A DNA stretch of 64,000 nt from a bacterium (GCA_040752695.1 JBFMGO010000003.1:1-64000); one strand, 5' to 3'. Numbered from the stretch's first letter, positions 29,621-39,542 are shown. Notes: generated by a model from the sequence alone, not told the origin. A program made the numbers and translations.

Positions 29621-30442
29621 CTAAAAGGCAGACAGAATAGACATAAAGCAAACCAGGCCGAATCCGCTGATAAAACCCCACAGGATCTGCGGATGGGAAT
29701 TGGTGGCATACGCTTCGGGGATGAGTTCGTCAATGATTACAAAGACTATGGCTCCAGCGGCCAGGGCCAGCGCGAGCGCATAATGAACCTCACCGAAGTA
29801 TCGGCAGCCATAAAAACCGGCGACCGATCCGGCCAGAACTGCCAGTCCGGGAATACTGACCCTGGCTAAAAGGCTTTGCATATTCAGTTTCTTCTCCTGG
29901 TCAAACTTCAGGGAAAGGGTAATTCCCTCGATGATATTGCTGAGAAACATGGATATCCCGACCAATAAACCAAAAGAAGGATTTATCGCATATCCTGCAC
30001 CAATGCACACACCTTCCGGAAAATCGTGGATTAAAAAGCCGAAAAGCAGGATCCATCCGCTTTGGCCGGCCTCTTCGTGCTGATGGGAAATCCTGCCCTG
30101 ATGATGATGCCAGTGAGGGAGGAGATGGTCCACCACCGAAACAAGGATCACGCCTGTCATAAAGGCCGCAGGTATCACCCAGCCTGCTCCCCCCCTGGAG
30201 GGTAATTCGTGCAGCTTTTCAAGAGCCTCTTTGAGTAATTCGAAAAATGCGACTCCAAGCATTAAAGAAGATGCCATACTGAGCATAAACCCGGCATATT
30301 CCCGGCTGAATTTTTCCCTGAGAGCGACAACGGCTCCCCCCAGAGCCATGGCCAGGGTTTGAAACGCCCCTAAAGTGACGACTAAAAGTCTTGCGGACAT
30401 ATTTCTATCCAGGGGGCTTGCCGGAGGGAAGATCCGTCTCAT
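29621..30442 (-). CDS. ZIP (ZupT/GufA-like) divalent metal transporter
   Basis: His-rich loop PHWHHHQ..HQH, HDFPEG, NIIEG, ELIPEA. Confidence 0.9.
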   Translation of the reverse strand: MRRIFPPASPLDRNMSARLLVVTLGAFQTLAMALGGAVVALREKFSREYAGFMLSMASSLMLGVAFFELLKEALEKLHELPSRGGAGWVIPAAFMTGVILVSVVDHLLPHWHHHQGRISHQHEEAGQSGWILLFGFLIHDFPEGVCIGAGYAINPSFGLLVGISMFLSNIIEGITLSLKFDQEKKLNMQSLLARVSIPGLAVLAGSVAGFYGCRYFGEVHYALALALAAGAIVFVIIDELIPEAYATNSHPQILWGFISGFGLVCFMSILSAF

Positions 30443-30687
30443 AAAATTCCCTCCCGACTATCGAGCCTCCCTAATTCCTTTCCCTTCTCTTTAGTGTTTG
30501 CACGGCATCTCCCTCCTCACACACCTCTCACTCTCCCCGAGAGGGAGAGAGTGAGAGGATGAGGAGGAATTTTCAATCTGCCTGGGAAAACCGCATACCT
30601 GCCGCAAGCCGCCTACCTGCCGCATAGGTAAATGGAAATTCTCTCTGATGCAGCAGCGAAGTTCTTCGCGGTTTTACGTATGTCGCC

Positions 30688-32631
30688 TTATATTCCCAGC
30701 GCCTTTCGTTTAGCCTCAATATGCTCGCTGATAAGTCTGGCCCCAGCTACGGGGTCCGGTTCCACGGCAAAGCGTGCGCCTACCACCCCGTCGGCCTGCT
30801 GGGCAAGAAGCTGAGTTACGCCCTGGCTCCCAAGAATCGGCGGTGTCACCCCAAGGAGCACAAAGATACCCGAAGCCACAACATAAGCCCCGATGCTGAT
30901 GGCTTTTTCGGACATGTATTCAGGTGCGGCTCCAGCCAGCGGCAGATCGCTGATATCCACGCCAAGGGTATTGGCCGCCTCAGCGGCCACACTCAATATA
31001 CGGCTGATGTCCACGCACGACCCCATATGGAGCACGGGCGGGATGCCAAGCTGCCGGCAGAGGGCCGAAAGCCCCGGCCCTGCCTCCTGGGCTGCCTCAG
31101 GTCGCAGGAGCCCTGCTTTGGCGCAGGCGATGGCAGCACATCCTGTTTCCACTACCAAGATGTCCTTTTTGATGAGCTCTCTGGCCAGGGTCGTGTGGGC
31201 GAAGTCCTGCCTGACCTTGGGGTTATTGCACCCGACAATGGCTGCAATCCCCCTGATGGTGCCGGATTTGATCACATCGAGGAGCGGCCCCAGACTTCCG
31301 CCCAGTGCCTCGGCAATGGCTTCTTTACTGAATCCTGCCATAAACTCCATGCTGTTTTCCGGAATGCACACCTTTTGCTGATAGCGATTGGGGTAGTTTT
31401 CCACAGCCAGCCTGACGATCTGCCGTGCTGCCTGGATCGCCTCTTCCCCTTCCTCATGGAAAGCGACATGTACAGCACCGGGGAACTTGGCTTTGGCTGA
31501 AGTAGAGACGACTTTGGTGTGATAGCATCCGGCTATGGTTGCCAAAGAAGGCATAATGCACTGAACATCCACCACCATGGCTTCGACTGCTCCGGTGATA
31601 ATGGCCAATTCCTGCTGGAGGAAATTTCCTGCTACCGGCAGACCCTTGCGCATCAGGATCTCGTTGCCTGTGCAGCACATGCCGACGCAGTTGATTCCTT
31701 TTGCTCCCTTTTCCGCCGCAAGGGCAATGAGTTCCGGCTCTTCTGCCACCTGGCTTACCATTTCCGAGAGTAGGGGCTCATGGCCGTGCAAAACAATATT
31801 GACCATATCCGCCTTGAGCACCCCAAGGTTACTCTGGCAGGTCTTGATTTTCGGCGTGCCAAACAGGACATCGGAGAGCTCGGTGGCTGCCATGGAGCCT
31901 CCCCATCCGTCAGAGAGCGATGCCCGCAATCCCTGCAGAATGAGGTTGACAGCGTCATTATCCACACCGATGTGCGTCCGGTGCATGATCTCGACAATCT
32001 CACGATCAATCCCACGGGGGGTTATCGCAAGCTTGTTCCACAAGTCACGGCGCTTTTGCGGAACACGATTGACGAACTGTAAACTCCCTTTCCGGGTACC
32101 GAACTCATCCAGGATCGCCTCGGCTATCTGCCTGGCTATCTCTTCTTTACTCTTATCCTGTGCTTCAATGCCAAATTCCGCTGCCAGTGCCAGGAGCTTT
32201 TTCTCATCCTTGACCCCATAGCCGGCAATTTTCCCCTGGCTGGCCAGATGGAGCACTTCGGTCACATCCCTGCCATGGTCTGAATGGGCTGCGGCTCCGG
32301 ATGCTATCATCCGAAGCAGGTTGCGGGCTACAATGATATCCGCAGTAGCTCCGCAGACCCCTTTTTGGGGGCCGTTTTCCAGTGGGTCGATTCTGCACGG
32401 ACCCATCAGACAATTGCGGCAGCAGACGCCTAATTCACCGAAGCCGCACTGGGTCTGCTGGGCTTCGTAGCGGTCCCAGGCCGTCTCTATTCCCTCTTGG
32501 GCAGCCTTGCTCAGGAGGAGCTGCGAGGCAGGATCTGAGGACCGGTCGGCAATCGACTTTTTCTCAATCTCTTTTTGCATACAGGCATCCCATAAGAGAT
32601 GTTTTGGATCTTTGAGGTTACTATTGTCCAT
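30688..32631 (-). CDS. cooS: anaerobic Ni,Fe carbon monoxide dehydrogenase catalytic subunit
   Basis: D/B-cluster CGFGELGVCCRNCLMGPC...GVCGA; AAHSDH; C-cluster HGHEP, CCTGNE, DVQC, GCNN, TGC, GSCVD; SEKA lysine. Confidence 0.97.
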   Translation of the reverse strand: MDNSNLKDPKHLLWDACMQKEIEKKSIADRSSDPASQLLLSKAAQEGIETAWDRYEAQQTQCGFGELGVCCRNCLMGPCRIDPLENGPQKGVCGATADIIVARNLLRMIASGAAAHSDHGRDVTEVLHLASQGKIAGYGVKDEKKLLALAAEFGIEAQDKSKEEIARQIAEAILDEFGTRKGSLQFVNRVPQKRRDLWNKLAITPRGIDREIVEIMHRTHIGVDNDAVNLILQGLRASLSDGWGGSMAATELSDVLFGTPKIKTCQSNLGVLKADMVNIVLHGHEPLLSEMVSQVAEEPELIALAAEKGAKGINCVGMCCTGNEILMRKGLPVAGNFLQQELAIITGAVEAMVVDVQCIMPSLATIAGCYHTKVVSTSAKAKFPGAVHVAFHEEGEEAIQAARQIVRLAVENYPNRYQQKVCIPENSMEFMAGFSKEAIAEALGGSLGPLLDVIKSGTIRGIAAIVGCNNPKVRQDFAHTTLARELIKKDILVVETGCAAIACAKAGLLRPEAAQEAGPGLSALCRQLGIPPVLHMGSCVDISRILSVAAEAANTLGVDISDLPLAGAAPEYMSEKAISIGAYVVASGIFVLLGVTPPILGSQGVTQLLAQQADGVVGARFAVEPDPVAGARLISEHIEAKRKALGI

Positions 32632-32707
32632 ATTCAGCGGATCTCCTTTTTAGGCAATATACCCTTATGTCATACCATGTTACTATTCAAAACATGACCG
32701 AGCCTGA

Positions 32708-33277
32708 TTACCTTTGTATATTCAGTGCCCTGGCCAGATCCTGGACGCTTTGCTTCCTATGTGCCTGCCTCCACCTTTCGGGGATAACCATAACCAGGGA
32801 GCGGGTAGGACATGCCTGAATGCAGGCTGGCTGTTTGCCAATGATCAGACGGTCGATGCACAGATCACACTTATCCACCACCAGAGCATCAGGGGACACC
32901 TTCTCTTTTATCTGACTGGAAGCCAGACGGTGAACCAGTTCAATTGCGCCGAAGGGACAGACCATCATGCAGGTTTTACACCCGATGCACATCGCCTTGT
33001 GCAACTCTATTCTCCCCTCTGCACTCTGGATGGCACCAAGGGGGCATACGCGGGCACAGGGCGCGTCTTCGCAATGCCGACACTGGACGGGCATGGTGAT
33101 CTCGTCAACAGAAACCAGATAGTTTCTGGCCATAAGAGGAATTTTCCGGACCACGGCGCTTTTCAGGTCAGTCTTTGCGCCTTCGGCAGCACAGGCCAAC
33201 TCGCAATTATGACAGTGCTGGCACTTTTGGGGATCAGCGAAAATAAAAGGATTGCCAAGGTATTTTTGCTCTCTCAT
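32708..33277 (-). CDS. cooF: 4x[4Fe-4S] electron-transfer protein (CooF/HydN family)
   Basis: CQHCHNCELAC, CRHCEDAPCARVCP, CIGCKTCMMVCP, KCDLC...PACIQACP; directly upstream of cooS. Confidence 0.9.
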   Translation of the reverse strand: MREQKYLGNPFIFADPQKCQHCHNCELACAAEGAKTDLKSAVVRKIPLMARNYLVSVDEITMPVQCRHCEDAPCARVCPLGAIQSAEGRIELHKAMCIGCKTCMMVCPFGAIELVHRLASSQIKEKVSPDALVVDKCDLCIDRLIIGKQPACIQACPTRSLVMVIPERWRQAHRKQSVQDLARALNIQR

Positions 33278-33506
33278 CGATTCACCCTCCTTGGGTAGTA
33301 ATTATTTCTCCTCGCTCCATTCTGCATTGACAGCAATTTCATCTCCTCGCTGCATGTATCATTTTAAGGAAAGCTTCGGTTCTTGCGCCTGACTATAGAA
33401 TTCTTGCGCCTGACTGCTCTTTCTCCTGACTATAGAGCCCTTTCGCCAGGCTGCCGCTCCAGGCCAAGGCAGGCTGCCGCTCCACATCAAGCCAGACCTT
33501 CGCAAG

Positions 33507-34589
33507 CTATCGTTCTAAGCAGGCGTAGCAAGGATCAATGCTGGCCACGATTAAAGGAACATCTTCAACGTAGGAATCGGTAAGTACGATTTTCAAGGCA
33601 TCCAGGTTACGGTCCGTAGGAGTCGTGATGTGAATTTGCTCCAGGTGAAGGTGATCCGAAAGAACGATCCGGTAAAAATTTTCTCCCCGTGGCGCTTCCA
33701 CGGATGCAGCGACAGAACCGGCAGGAAGGGGAAATGACGGGTCTATCGACACGGGGCTTTCCGGCAGGGAATGCAAAGAGGTGAGAAGCTGCCGGATCAT
33801 CCTGATGCTCTCGCCTATTTCAAGGACCCGGACCTCACATCTGGCCAGGACATCACCGGTATTCTTTACGGGTATCTGAAAATCCAGATGAGGATAAAAC
33901 GCATACCCGTCATTTTTCCGTATATCCTGGCTGATCCCGCTGGCTCTGGCCACAGGACCCGTAGCCAGGGTGCTTTGGGCATCCTGAGTCGAAAGAATGC
34001 CGATTCCTCTCAGGCGAGAATGGGTGATCAAGCACCGGTCCATTTCCTCACGCGACTGATCGACGGCATCCAGCCTTGACAGCAGGGTCTTTATAAGGTG
34101 CGAATCTTTCAGGTTGATTCTCACTCCTCCAACCTGATTGAAATCATAGTTGACCCGTTTTCCGGTCACCAGGTTCAGCATGGCGGCGGCATTTTCCCTG
34201 GCTTCGAAAAGCGATGACAGGCAAGAGGATAAATCCAGATGATCAGCTATAAATATCAAGGGGAAAAGATGTGATTGGATGCGCTCGATCTCGGCCACCA
34301 GGGTTCTGATGGAGGCAGCCCGTTGCGGAATGCTTATCCTGCCCAGTTTCTCCAGCGCCTGACAAAAACAGGTCGTATGGCTGGCAGTGCATATCCCGCA
34401 GATTCTCTGCAAGAGGACAAGATTTTGCCAAAGGTTCTGCTCCCCGGCCAGTTTCTCGATACCCCTGTGGGAATATCCCAAAGATACCTGAACGCGGCTG
34501 ACACGGCCGCTCTGAATCTCATATTCAATCTTGAGAGGGTTCCCCACTGCCGGGAGATAGATATTAAGGGGCAAGGATGATGCAGACAT
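33507..34589 (-). CDS. group-4-type [NiFe] hydrogenase large subunit (no cleavable C-terminal extension)
   Basis: GYSHRGIEK, L1 RICGIC, EIERIQSH, GPVARASG..D.R, EAPRGE, TPT, L2 DPCYACLER-stop. Confidence 0.9.
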   Translation of the reverse strand: MSASSLPLNIYLPAVGNPLKIEYEIQSGRVSRVQVSLGYSHRGIEKLAGEQNLWQNLVLLQRICGICTASHTTCFCQALEKLGRISIPQRAASIRTLVAEIERIQSHLFPLIFIADHLDLSSCLSSLFEARENAAAMLNLVTGKRVNYDFNQVGGVRINLKDSHLIKTLLSRLDAVDQSREEMDRCLITHSRLRGIGILSTQDAQSTLATGPVARASGISQDIRKNDGYAFYPHLDFQIPVKNTGDVLARCEVRVLEIGESIRMIRQLLTSLHSLPESPVSIDPSFPLPAGSVAASVEAPRGENFYRIVLSDHLHLEQIHITTPTDRNLDALKIVLTDSYVEDVPLIVASIDPCYACLER

Positions 34590-35705
34590 CTAAACCCCTC
34601 CTTTTTTTACTTGCCTTACCTGACCGTCGCGGACGCTGTGGAGGTAATGCATGGTTTCAGCCGATATCTTAAGATGCCGGGCAAAGGCAAACCGTCTGCA
34701 GGTCGGGCACATTTCAGTCCATGCTGCCCGGTCACTCTGACTGATGTGATCAGGGAGCGAGCCGTAAAGCTGTCTGACGAAAGCCTCAGGCATGGCAACC
34801 ATCCATTTCCGGCAGCCCAGACAGCGGATGAGGGGAAGCGATCCTCTGACCATAAACTCATCACGTTGCGACTGCACGAGAGGAGAACGAATACCAGGGA
34901 GGCGAATACAGCCTGTCGGACAAAGCTGCTCGCACAGGGAGCAAAACAGGCATGCCCCCTGATTGAACTCCATCAGGCAGGAGGGACCATGGGATAATCC
35001 TGCCGGAGCCTCAGACGCCACCGGAGCCTCAGACGCCGCTGAAGCATCAGACCCCGCCGGCATCTCAACACCTTTGTTTTTCCCTTTCCCGGAGCCGCTA
35101 TTTTCCTCCTCCGGCCCAATCAACCTGATAGCCTTACCGGGGCAGATCTTCTGGCACAGACCGCAGCCCAGACACAGTTCAGGGCGAAATTCCACTCTGG
35201 CGATGCTCTCTTCCGGCTTCGCGCCGCTGACCAGATACTGTATCCCCTGCCAGATATCTTCCGGGCCCGGCGGGCATCCAGCCACATAAAGATCAGGCGC
35301 ATACTCCTGGATCAGGCTCTGCCCAAAAGGATCGTAAGCAGGAAAGATGTGAGTACAGGGATTGTGCATGCTGGAATCGTGCATGCCGGAATTGTATTGA
35401 TACACTCCGCCGCTTATGGCGCAGGCACCAACTGCAAGCCGCCGCACGGCAGTGCCGAAACGGGGAAGAAATTCCTTCAGTATCCGGCCGGATTCCCGAT
35501 TCAAGGAGCCGAAAAGCAGAATAAGGTTGGCGGATTCAGGCTGACTGACAAATTCACATCTGAGTCCGTCGGATTGATTGGAATGCGTAAAAAGGGACAG
35601 GATTTCAAGTTCACAGCCGCCACAGCTTCCCGCATTGAAAACAAAGACAGAATACGGGCCCAAAGCCTTTGCATTGAACAGAGGCTCTTTCTCTTCAGTA
35701 TTCAT
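34590..35705 (-). CDS. hydrogenase small subunit (NuoB/EchC-like) fused to a 2x[4Fe-4S] ferredoxin with extra CxxC...CxxC
   Basis: SCGGCELE, VGACAISGG, GCPP; CLGCGLCQKICP, CLFCSLCEQLCP; CLGC...CPTC. Confidence 0.9.
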   Translation of the reverse strand: MNTEEKEPLFNAKALGPYSVFVFNAGSCGGCELEILSLFTHSNQSDGLRCEFVSQPESANLILLFGSLNRESGRILKEFLPRFGTAVRRLAVGACAISGGVYQYNSGMHDSSMHNPCTHIFPAYDPFGQSLIQEYAPDLYVAGCPPGPEDIWQGIQYLVSGAKPEESIARVEFRPELCLGCGLCQKICPGKAIRLIGPEEENSGSGKGKNKGVEMPAGSDASAASEAPVASEAPAGLSHGPSCLMEFNQGACLFCSLCEQLCPTGCIRLPGIRSPLVQSQRDEFMVRGSLPLIRCLGCRKWMVAMPEAFVRQLYGSLPDHISQSDRAAWTEMCPTCRRFAFARHLKISAETMHYLHSVRDGQVRQVKKGGV

Positions 35706-35840
35706 TTAAAAGACCCTCGACGTTAGTGAGTATGGGTATTTGGATTATGCGGGTTGACTATTCTCTACCTGCGAGGAAAGAGACATCCCAGCTTGCAGAA
35801 ACTTAACTTTTCAGCAATATCTATTGAATATTTTTAGATA

Positions 35841-35869
35841 AAGATACCAGGAGGACCGGAGCTTGTCAA
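35841..35869 (-). promoter_or_regulatory. putative sigma-70 promoter for the hydrogenase-CODH cluster
   Basis: Minus strand TTGACA-17 bp-TATCTT with TG extended -10. Confidence 0.6.
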
Positions 35870-36044
35870 ACTTATTTTGCACTTTATAATCCCATCTCCT
35901 TTCATTTAATCTCCCGATGCTCTCTTTGATGACACCCTACCCCCCCGGTTTCTTTTCCTGTTCTTTTTCCTCTTTCGGCTTTTCCTCGTTACTGTACTTG
36001 TGCATTTTTTAGCAAGTAACGGCCCGACAGAGTGGTCTATTTAT

Positions 36045-39000
36045 TCATTCATCCCTTGGGTCCTTAAGTCGCCCGAGGAAGAGAATGGCACCTGATTTGG
36101 TATCCCTGATAACGAATATGAAGGGCCGGCTGAGAGCGACCTCTTTGGGTTGTTCCGAGTGATTTTCAAAAAAGGTACCAGGGGAGTATGAAGGTGGAGA
36201 GTGAGTGATTAATATACTAATGACACCGGTTCCAAACTCCGGAATGGGGATCTCTTCTTTCCCCTCCAGAGTAACGGCTGTCGCTCCTGCGCATCTTACT
36301 CCGGCTTCCTTTACTGAAATATGTGCCATAAAGGTACTGCCGTTAAGGTAGAGATCATCGAGCTCATTGATAGCGGAAAAATCCGCCATGCCTTCTGCTC
36401 TTGCATCGTGTATGCCTAAAGAGGAAAGCAGGCTTTCAATGCCTTGACCGCAGGTGAAGGAAAAAAGCGGCAGATGTAATGCAATTCTCCGGTAATCAAG
36501 CTGGTCTATAATGCGGTTAATCTTTTCGGAGTTCAGGGAGGCTTCAAATTCCTGATAATGATTTGATTCAGGAATCAAAAGCAGCATTGCCAGGTTACTG
36601 TCTTTAAAGGCCAGTTCAATCGCCTGATACTGCTCATCCTCAGTAAAGGGAAAGGATGCTTCTTGCGTCATCATCGGTACGGTGATCATTGTATGAGAAT
36701 ATGAGTCAAGCTCGAAGGTGCCGTCGGAGGTTGCGTTCGGGTCAAAGGGTTGTGCCCATGTACCGGTTAAATCAGCAGCAGCGGCGCAGGCCCATCTGAC
36801 CCGGTCTGTAACGGGATTGACGTGCAGGCTGAAGAGCCCGCCGGTATGATCCATTATCCACTTTTCAATATTATCCGCTGAATCCATCATGGCGGACTTG
36901 AAGTCCAGGGACCGGATCGCCTGGCAGTAGTTTTCCGCCAGAAGATTATAAAAGTCAATATGCATGAAATATCCCGTCTGTCCCCAGGCGGCTGTTTCCG
37001 TTTGCAGCACAGATAATTCCCGGTTTTTAAGGTTAAGATCAAGGACATTGAAGACCGTGTGGAGATTCTCCGTTTGATCCTCAAAATGCAGGGCCACCTG
37101 AATCTGACGGGCGGTTTCGCCGGCTGCACCGGCACAGGTCATGGCCATTGCCCTTGAGAAGGTATAGGGGGAGAAGACAAGATTGCCTCTTCCACTCTCA
37201 AACTCCTTGTAAAACCTGAAGGCAAAGGTATTATTACTGGCCGTGAGAGCAGCCGTTTCATCCTTCCCCACATCGGGGAAAGTCCTGTCAGTGACCATAA
37301 AGGGATGTGAGGTTTTATCCTCATTGAGAAGTAGCCAGGTAGGAGAATGAATAAAGGTGAGTTCATAAAGACTGGTTAAAGAACCAGTTAAAGGGTCAAC
37401 AGCACCCAAAGCTATGGGTCCTGTATCGCGGCCGTATATTTCAAAAGCCGTGATTGAACAGCCGCCGGTATCCGTCCCTGCAGGCAGGGTAATTCCCAAT
37501 GCAGCATCATTTCCCTGAAAATCCAGTTCAGTAAATGGTGTACCCTCATCGAGATGCCAGACAATGACCGCCTTTTCATAATTCCCCTGAAGGACGTAAA
37601 CATTCTGGATATCGATCAAGAGCTTATTTCCGGTTTCCTCACGGTAGGCCGCGCCCCCGTTATTCACCCGATCATCCGAGCCCTGATCAATGATCATGCC
37701 GTCATAGAGCGTACCCAGGGTCCACCCTGAAGCAGGACAGGTGTGGGCGCTGTCTTTTGCCGGATACTCACCACTAACGTCATCAAAACCTGAAATATCA
37801 TCAAAACCTGAAACGTCATCAAAACCTGAAAAGGTAACTTCTTCTTCATTATGACACACGATCATACTCTCGGTATTCCAAAAGCCGGCTACAATAACCC
37901 CTGATACTTCACCGGACACACCAGGTACATCAGACAGACCAGGCACTGCTGCCTCTCCTGTAATAGCGCTCGTGTACGTGGTGCTTCCGCCATAAGTCCT
38001 CTGGAAGGTTTTCACTCCGTACTTCTCCGGGTCGGACGGAAAGTAATCTGGAAAGGAAATCAGTTCTGACTGATGTATCCAGGTAGAATAATGCAAAGGA
38101 TTATCCTCATCAGATCTCCCATCATGATCCGATTGCTCATTATGATCCGCTTGATCATCAAGGATCCACTTCCACTCAATGGTCAATCTGTTACGGTCAA
38201 TGAGATAAAAACCGGCCACATTATCGCCCGGATCTTCATTCCCCTGGTCTTCCCCTGACCCGAGCACTCCTTCACCACAGACCATTGTCAACCGGTGCGG
38301 CATCACATCTTTGTCAGTAGTATACCTGCCGGTGAGGTTAACGAGGGACCCCTCTTTTTCACTCCTGAAATGAAAAGCGCCAGCAGGCTCCAGGGTCAGG
38401 AAGGCTTTACTCACCTGGCGGGAATCTTCCAGAATCCCTACCCATGTCCCGGTTATGGCTGAATCAATGGACTCCTGAGCAATTTTATCGAGTGTTTTCC
38501 GTAAATGGTTTTGGGCACGGTCACGGGAAACAAGCGTAAGGTCGCTGATACTGCTAATGGTAGCCATGTGCCCTATCACATTTTCAAAAGTCTGCTCCAG
38601 AACATCGAATTGAAGAGGAATTCCACCGATGTCTGCTGCTCTTTCTTCCGGAATCTCGATTCCGTTATTCGGGTCAGCATCGGCGTCCAGGGTAAGAAGA
38701 AAACGGCAGATGTTGATTATTCCGGGGTGAGATACCGAGCCATTGGGAACTAAGTCTATGGGAGTAATAATGGGTTTTCCTGTGGCTTCACCGAAAATGA
38801 TCTTGCCGAGAGAAAACTTTACTGTCTTTCCTTCTTCGTATTGAAAGGTTCCGTTGCGATCGGTTATACCGGTATGATCTCCTGAAGAGTAGTGCAGTCC
38901 CAAGACAGCGCTATCTAAAAATCGCCCTTCCCGTACGACGGCAGGTTCCGATGCTCCCTTTCCCTCTGTTCCCTTTTCCTCACGGGAACAGGCCATAATA

Positions 39001-39056
39001 ATGGAAAGAAGGATAACGATGAGTACTATATATGCAAAAGTATATTTTTTCTTCAT
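36045..39056 (-). CDS. multidomain lipoprotein with C-terminal serpin domain
   Basis: Lipobox-like IMA-C; N-domain FLDSAV.GL.Y...G.T...G.F.Y; serpin NNTFAFRFY, NLVFSPY, W..PFDP..T, VPMM, LPLF, ADFS, RPFIFVIRD..SG.ILFLGR. Confidence 0.88.
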   Translation of the reverse strand: MKKKYTFAYIVLIVILLSIIMACSREEKGTEGKGASEPAVVREGRFLDSAVLGLHYSSGDHTGITDRNGTFQYEEGKTVKFSLGKIIFGEATGKPIITPIDLVPNGSVSHPGIINICRFLLTLDADADPNNGIEIPEERAADIGGIPLQFDVLEQTFENVIGHMATISSISDLTLVSRDRAQNHLRKTLDKIAQESIDSAITGTWVGILEDSRQVSKAFLTLEPAGAFHFRSEKEGSLVNLTGRYTTDKDVMPHRLTMVCGEGVLGSGEDQGNEDPGDNVAGFYLIDRNRLTIEWKWILDDQADHNEQSDHDGRSDEDNPLHYSTWIHQSELISFPDYFPSDPEKYGVKTFQRTYGGSTTYTSAITGEAAVPGLSDVPGVSGEVSGVIVAGFWNTESMIVCHNEEEVTFSGFDDVSGFDDISGFDDVSGEYPAKDSAHTCPASGWTLGTLYDGMIIDQGSDDRVNNGGAAYREETGNKLLIDIQNVYVLQGNYEKAVIVWHLDEGTPFTELDFQGNDAALGITLPAGTDTGGCSITAFEIYGRDTGPIALGAVDPLTGSLTSLYELTFIHSPTWLLLNEDKTSHPFMVTDRTFPDVGKDETAALTASNNTFAFRFYKEFESGRGNLVFSPYTFSRAMAMTCAGAAGETARQIQVALHFEDQTENLHTVFNVLDLNLKNRELSVLQTETAAWGQTGYFMHIDFYNLLAENYCQAIRSLDFKSAMMDSADNIEKWIMDHTGGLFSLHVNPVTDRVRWACAAAADLTGTWAQPFDPNATSDGTFELDSYSHTMITVPMMTQEASFPFTEDEQYQAIELAFKDSNLAMLLLIPESNHYQEFEASLNSEKINRIIDQLDYRRIALHLPLFSFTCGQGIESLLSSLGIHDARAEGMADFSAINELDDLYLNGSTFMAHISVKEAGVRCAGATAVTLEGKEEIPIPEFGTGVISILITHSPPSYSPGTFFENHSEQPKEVALSRPFIFVIRDTKSGAILFLGRLKDPRDE

Positions 39057-39542
39057 GTCCTGCAACACCTCAATGCTCCTCATTTGTTAAAGCATTCATG
39101 ATAAGGCAGAAATAGAAAAGGAAAACTCTTTGATTGATGGAATCATATAAGCCGCTTTCATGCATGTGAGATAACAGACTTTTTATCATTCCATCTTTAT
39201 TGAAAAATGCAAAATTATATTATTTATATTATATATGTTATAATATTATATCGTGTTAAGATGAATTTGGCAAATATTTTTTATGACATCACTGCCTGTA
39301 TCAGGCTATCGAACCAGATCCAGCGGTTGCTCTCTGATTGCCGAGGTATTCCCGAATCGAGGAAATGCTTAAATGGAGGCGCGGCGGATGAGGGCGCCGC
39401 GCCAGAGCGGCAAGGCCGAAGGCCGGGCTCATCGGGGGGGGAATCTCCTCTTTTCCCCTTGTTACAAAAGATGGGGATAAAAACCTGTGCCCCCCGCGAG
39501 TTCCCCTTCTCCCGGCCTTTGATACCGAAAAAGCACTGCTGT

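Noticed and set aside
33274..33342. 22-codon minus-strand ORF overlapping the cooF start (possible CooT/CooJ-like or leader peptide)
   Set aside because: Too short, no Cys/His metal-binding pattern; may be chance.
33507..33540. [NiFeSe] hydrogenase, given the selenoprotein elsewhere
   Set aside because: L2 motif is DPCYAC with ordinary Cys codons and no in-frame TGA.
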